Source of the DNA: Verrucomicrobiales bacterium
Lineage (GTDB): Bacteria; Verrucomicrobiota; Verrucomicrobiia; Limisphaerales; UBA11358
Reading direction: 5' to 3'
Assembly: GCA_028712475.1 (NCBI GenBank)
Contig: JAQTQB010000005.1
Location: 43,408-107,407 of the forward strand
Length of the DNA stretch: 64,000 nt
Part shown: one piece after another, positions 62,938-64,000 of the stretch
Position numbering within the stretch: the first letter of the stretch is position 1
How the letters are laid out: each line of letters begins with the position of its first letter
Program-made: the position numbers and the translations under genes
Notes under the pieces: generated by a model
Told to the model about the DNA's origin: nothing
Databases searched by the model: none
What the model saw: only the letters and a program-made list of their open reading frames with translations

Positions 62938-64000
62938 TCACTTCCAGACAAAGGCATCGCCGAAGCATTTGGACATGTTGCCGAGGTTTTGCAGGTATTC
63001 GTCTACCCGATACGCCGGGATCGAATCCGACAGGGACTGATACTCGTATTCCAAAACCAACTTTTTGCCGACCCGGCGAGTCTGCTTCCGGAACACAAAG
63101 GCAGGATCAGCAATGTTCTTGGTTTCCCTTTCGTAGGTCCAGGTTGTCGGGATGGTGATTTCCGTCCGCAGAATCTGGTGTTGCGGGTAACTTACGGCCA
63201 GCGGCAATTTCCGCTGCATGTCCACGGGCTTCTTGACGAATGCTGCGATGGAAAAGGGATAAAAATCACAGCGATATTTTTTGTTTTTGTCCGATTTAAT
63301 CCAAGCGTTGTCGATCGTGTAAAATTCCGTGACTTGGAACCGGTTTTGCGCTTCGTCGTCGAAGATTTCGACCGGCGAGGCCATCATGGTTCCCGGGTAA
63401 CTCCCCGCGTAGAAATGGGTATAGGTCTTTTCGATCTCGCTGCGCTTTGTGTTCGCAAACATCTCCCGCAGACTTTCGGCGTCCCGACCTTCCGCCACGG
63501 TGACGACTTTCAGGTCGGAGACACCCTGCTTTCTACCGAGGTCAAAGTTTTCCGTGATGGTCGTCAGCGGCAGTCCGGTCGTCTGGGGGATAGGCGTCAA
63601 CGAAGCGGTCTTCGGGGAAATCACCAAACCACAGCCATAGTTCGGCAGATAATGCATCGCCAGCGAACCGCGCTGATATCCCGCCGTGGGATCCAACCAC
63701 CAGGTCTGGCCGTCAATTCGCACCACGGTGATACAATGGTCAAAGATGCCGGCTGACGGCAGCCAGTCCTGGATCGTGTGTCGTGCCTGCGTGTTCACCA
63801 AAACTGGATAAGCCTCTATTCCCAGCCCGCGCAGCAGCGTCACATACAACAGCGACTTGTCTTTGCAATCGCCAAAGCGCTGCGAAAAAACCGTCGAAGG
63901 ATCCGCTGGTTTGTTGGCACTGACCCCGATTTCGATCCCAAAATACCGGATTTCATCCTGAACGAACCGGAGCACGGCCAGAACCTGCTGCTCCCGGCTG
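62938..64000 (-). CDS. Transglutaminase-like cysteine protease-fold protein with a C-terminal DUF3858-like region (N-terminus outside the window)
   Basis: The frame stays open to the window edge. QRFGDCKDKSLLYVTLLRGLGIEAYPVLV holds the catalytic Cys context, and FDHCITVV holds the His context. Confidence 0.8.
   Translation of the reverse strand, partial: SREQQVLAVLRFVQDEIRYFGIEIGVSANKPADPSTVFSQRFGDCKDKSLLYVTLLRGLGIEAYPVLVNTQARHTIQDWLPSAGIFDHCITVVRIDGQTWWLDPTAGYQRGSLAMHYLPNYGCGLVISPKTASLTPIPQTTGLPLTTITENFDLGRKQGVSDLKVVTVAEGRDAESLREMFANTKRSEIEKTYTHFYAGSYPGTMMASPVEIFDDEAQNRFQVTEFYTIDNAWIKSDKNKKYRCDFYPFSIAAFVKKPVDMQRKLPLAVSYPQHQILRTEITIPTTWTYERETKNIADPAFVFRKQTRRVGKKLVLEYEYQSLSDSIPAYRVDEYLQNLGNMSKCFGDAFVWK

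Overview
This 64-kb chromosomal window is G+C-rich, roughly 55-65% by eye. Its gene content points to a Verrucomicrobiota/PVC-type bacterium, which is an inference rather than a search result. The indicators are TAT-signal Gfo/Idh/MocA oxidoreductases, a PQQ-propeller/cytochrome c fusion, DUF2723 and GT-C-like membrane proteins, and a giant RCC1/NHL surface protein. I found no rRNA, tRNA or CRISPR array.

Housekeeping content:
- hpf-amidohydrolase-bioF-bioA operon, with rpoN divergent from it
- gap, msrA, prc, an lnt fusion, grpE
- leuD, serS, glgA, an IHF/HU protein, hisS
- rpsP-KH-trmD-rplS operon and hisA

The most interesting signals are as follows.
1. A 4.9-kb gene encodes a PD-(D/E)xK-like nuclease, an SF2 helicase and 13 tandem helicase-associated (HA) repeats. 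It is bracketed by about 100-nt inverted copies of a structured repeat. Next to it lies a RelE/ParE-antitoxin pair whose toxin has an in-frame TAA at codon 4. That pair is itself flanked by a duplicated msrA 3-prime end. Together this looks like a small mobile or defence-like islet between gap and msrA.
2. Palindromic (REP/RPE-like) elements and heptanucleotide tandem arrays sit in frame inside bioA, bioF and the helicase.
3. A 706-bp intergenic region holds 11 units of a perfectly phased 21-bp repeat, a 14-bp tandem repeat and a heptamer array. It lies upstream of an orphan gene that neighbours a 2111-aa RCC1/NHL protein and an AT-rich islet encoding a phospholipase-C-like protein.
4. A flavinylation-type cluster contains an outer-membrane barrel, an FMN-binding protein, ApbE, a His-rich 4-TM protein and an AraC regulator.

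All functional calls come from reading the supplied translations and recognising motifs. No database search was run.
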